This document shows, piece after piece, positions 34,518 through 34,967 of a stretch of 34,967 nucleotides of DNA; positions within the stretch are counted from its first letter, which is position 1; each line of letters begins with the position of its first letter. A model generated the notes under the pieces. That model made no database searches, was not told the DNA's origin, and saw only the letters and a program-made list of their open reading frames with translations. A program made the position numbers and the translations under genes. Where the stretch lies: the UHGV virus genome UHGV-0384159, one strand, 5' to 3'. The DNA is from a virus.

Positions 34518-34967
34518 AAGACTGGACAGGTAACAACCGGACTCTTGGCGCTACGCTGGGAGCATCCTACCTTGCCTCCGGCGAGCGCCCGCGGGAAGAC
34601 TACTACGCCACGCACCCTGACATGGTTCGGGATTTGCTCAACGCAGGGGCGCCTCTCCGGAAACGTGTATGGGAACCGGCCTGCGGTGCGGGGCATATCG
34701 TCAATGTCCTGCGGGAGCGGGGACATGAAGTGTACGCAACCGACATCGTTGACCGTGGATGTCCTGATTCCTGCGTACAAGATTTCTTGTGGGAGTTCGA
34801 CGATGGCGAGATAGGAGACGTGGATATTATGACCAATCCTCCCTACGCCACAGCCCTTGAATTTGTCGAGCGTGCGCTTGCCTGCGTCAAGGATGGAGCC
34901 AATGTCTGGATGCTTCTGCGTCTCCAGTTTTTAGAGGGCAAGGCCCGGCGCCGGTTGTTCGACGTTG
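34514..34967 (+). CDS. DNA methyltransferase, N-terminal part (motif I EPACGAGH, motif IV TNPPY); open at the window end
   Basis: Perfect SD GAAAGGAGGG upstream of GTG 34514. No stop before the window end. Continues in frame into positions 1-149 if circular. Confidence 0.55.
   Translation, partial: MKDWTGNNRTLGATLGASYLASGERPREDYYATHPDMVRDLLNAGAPLRKRVWEPACGAGHIVNVLRERGHEVYATDIVDRGCPDSCVQDFLWEFDDGEIGDVDIMTNPPYATALEFVERALACVKDGANVWMLLRLQFLEGKARRRLFDV

Noticed and set aside
1-34967. CRISPR arrays, IS elements or transposases, additional tRNAs, rRNA
   Set aside because: No regularly spaced direct repeats, no transposase-like ORFs, and no other cloverleaf-capable segments with GTTC-type T-arms were found by eye.

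Overview
The window looks like a complete, circularly permuted genome of a temperate siphovirus-like phage, GC-rich with three AT-rich islands. No host DNA or host genes are visible, and the two window ends read as the two halves of one DNA-methyltransferase gene. In window order the modules are: two adjacent DNA methyltransferases; replication genes (replisome-organizer-like and DnaC-like loader); AT-rich island 1 (minus strand: a protein with about eight tandem helix-turn-helix repeats plus a small acidic protein); TerS and TerL (terminase small and large subunits); a tRNA gene; portal; a Mu I-like head protease/scaffold fusion; a head decoration protein; a lambda E-like major capsid; head-tail joining genes; a collagen-like tail fibre; a lysis cassette (small membrane proteins plus an Amidase_3-family N-acetylmuramoyl-L-alanine amidase); major tail protein; tail chaperone; a tape-measure-like protein; distal tail proteins; a DxD glycosyltransferase-like moron; a repeat-rich putative attP; a tyrosine integrase; an AT-rich immunity region (XRE repressor, operators, BRO-N/KilAC antirepressor, Xis-like proteins); RecT with a YqaJ exonuclease; a RuvC-like resolvase; and an ASCH-domain protein. 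The most striking finding is a tRNA at 7538-7611 that has bacterial initiator-tRNA hallmarks (C1xA72 mismatch, A73, three G:C pairs in the anticodon stem, an acceptor stem near-identical to tRNAfMet) but a CCU anticodon. With it go at least seven or eight late genes (TerS, TerL, portal, major capsid, a tail protein, the tail fibre, the amidase, and a distal tail protein) whose conserved N-termini begin immediately after an in-frame AGG codon with no AUG/GUG/UUG available. Together these suggest a phage-encoded alternative initiator tRNA that licenses AGG start codons for late genes. Other notable items are homopolymeric C tracts (one forming the spacer of a promoter, one at the methyltransferase junction, one inside the glycosyltransferase-like gene) and several intrinsic terminators.
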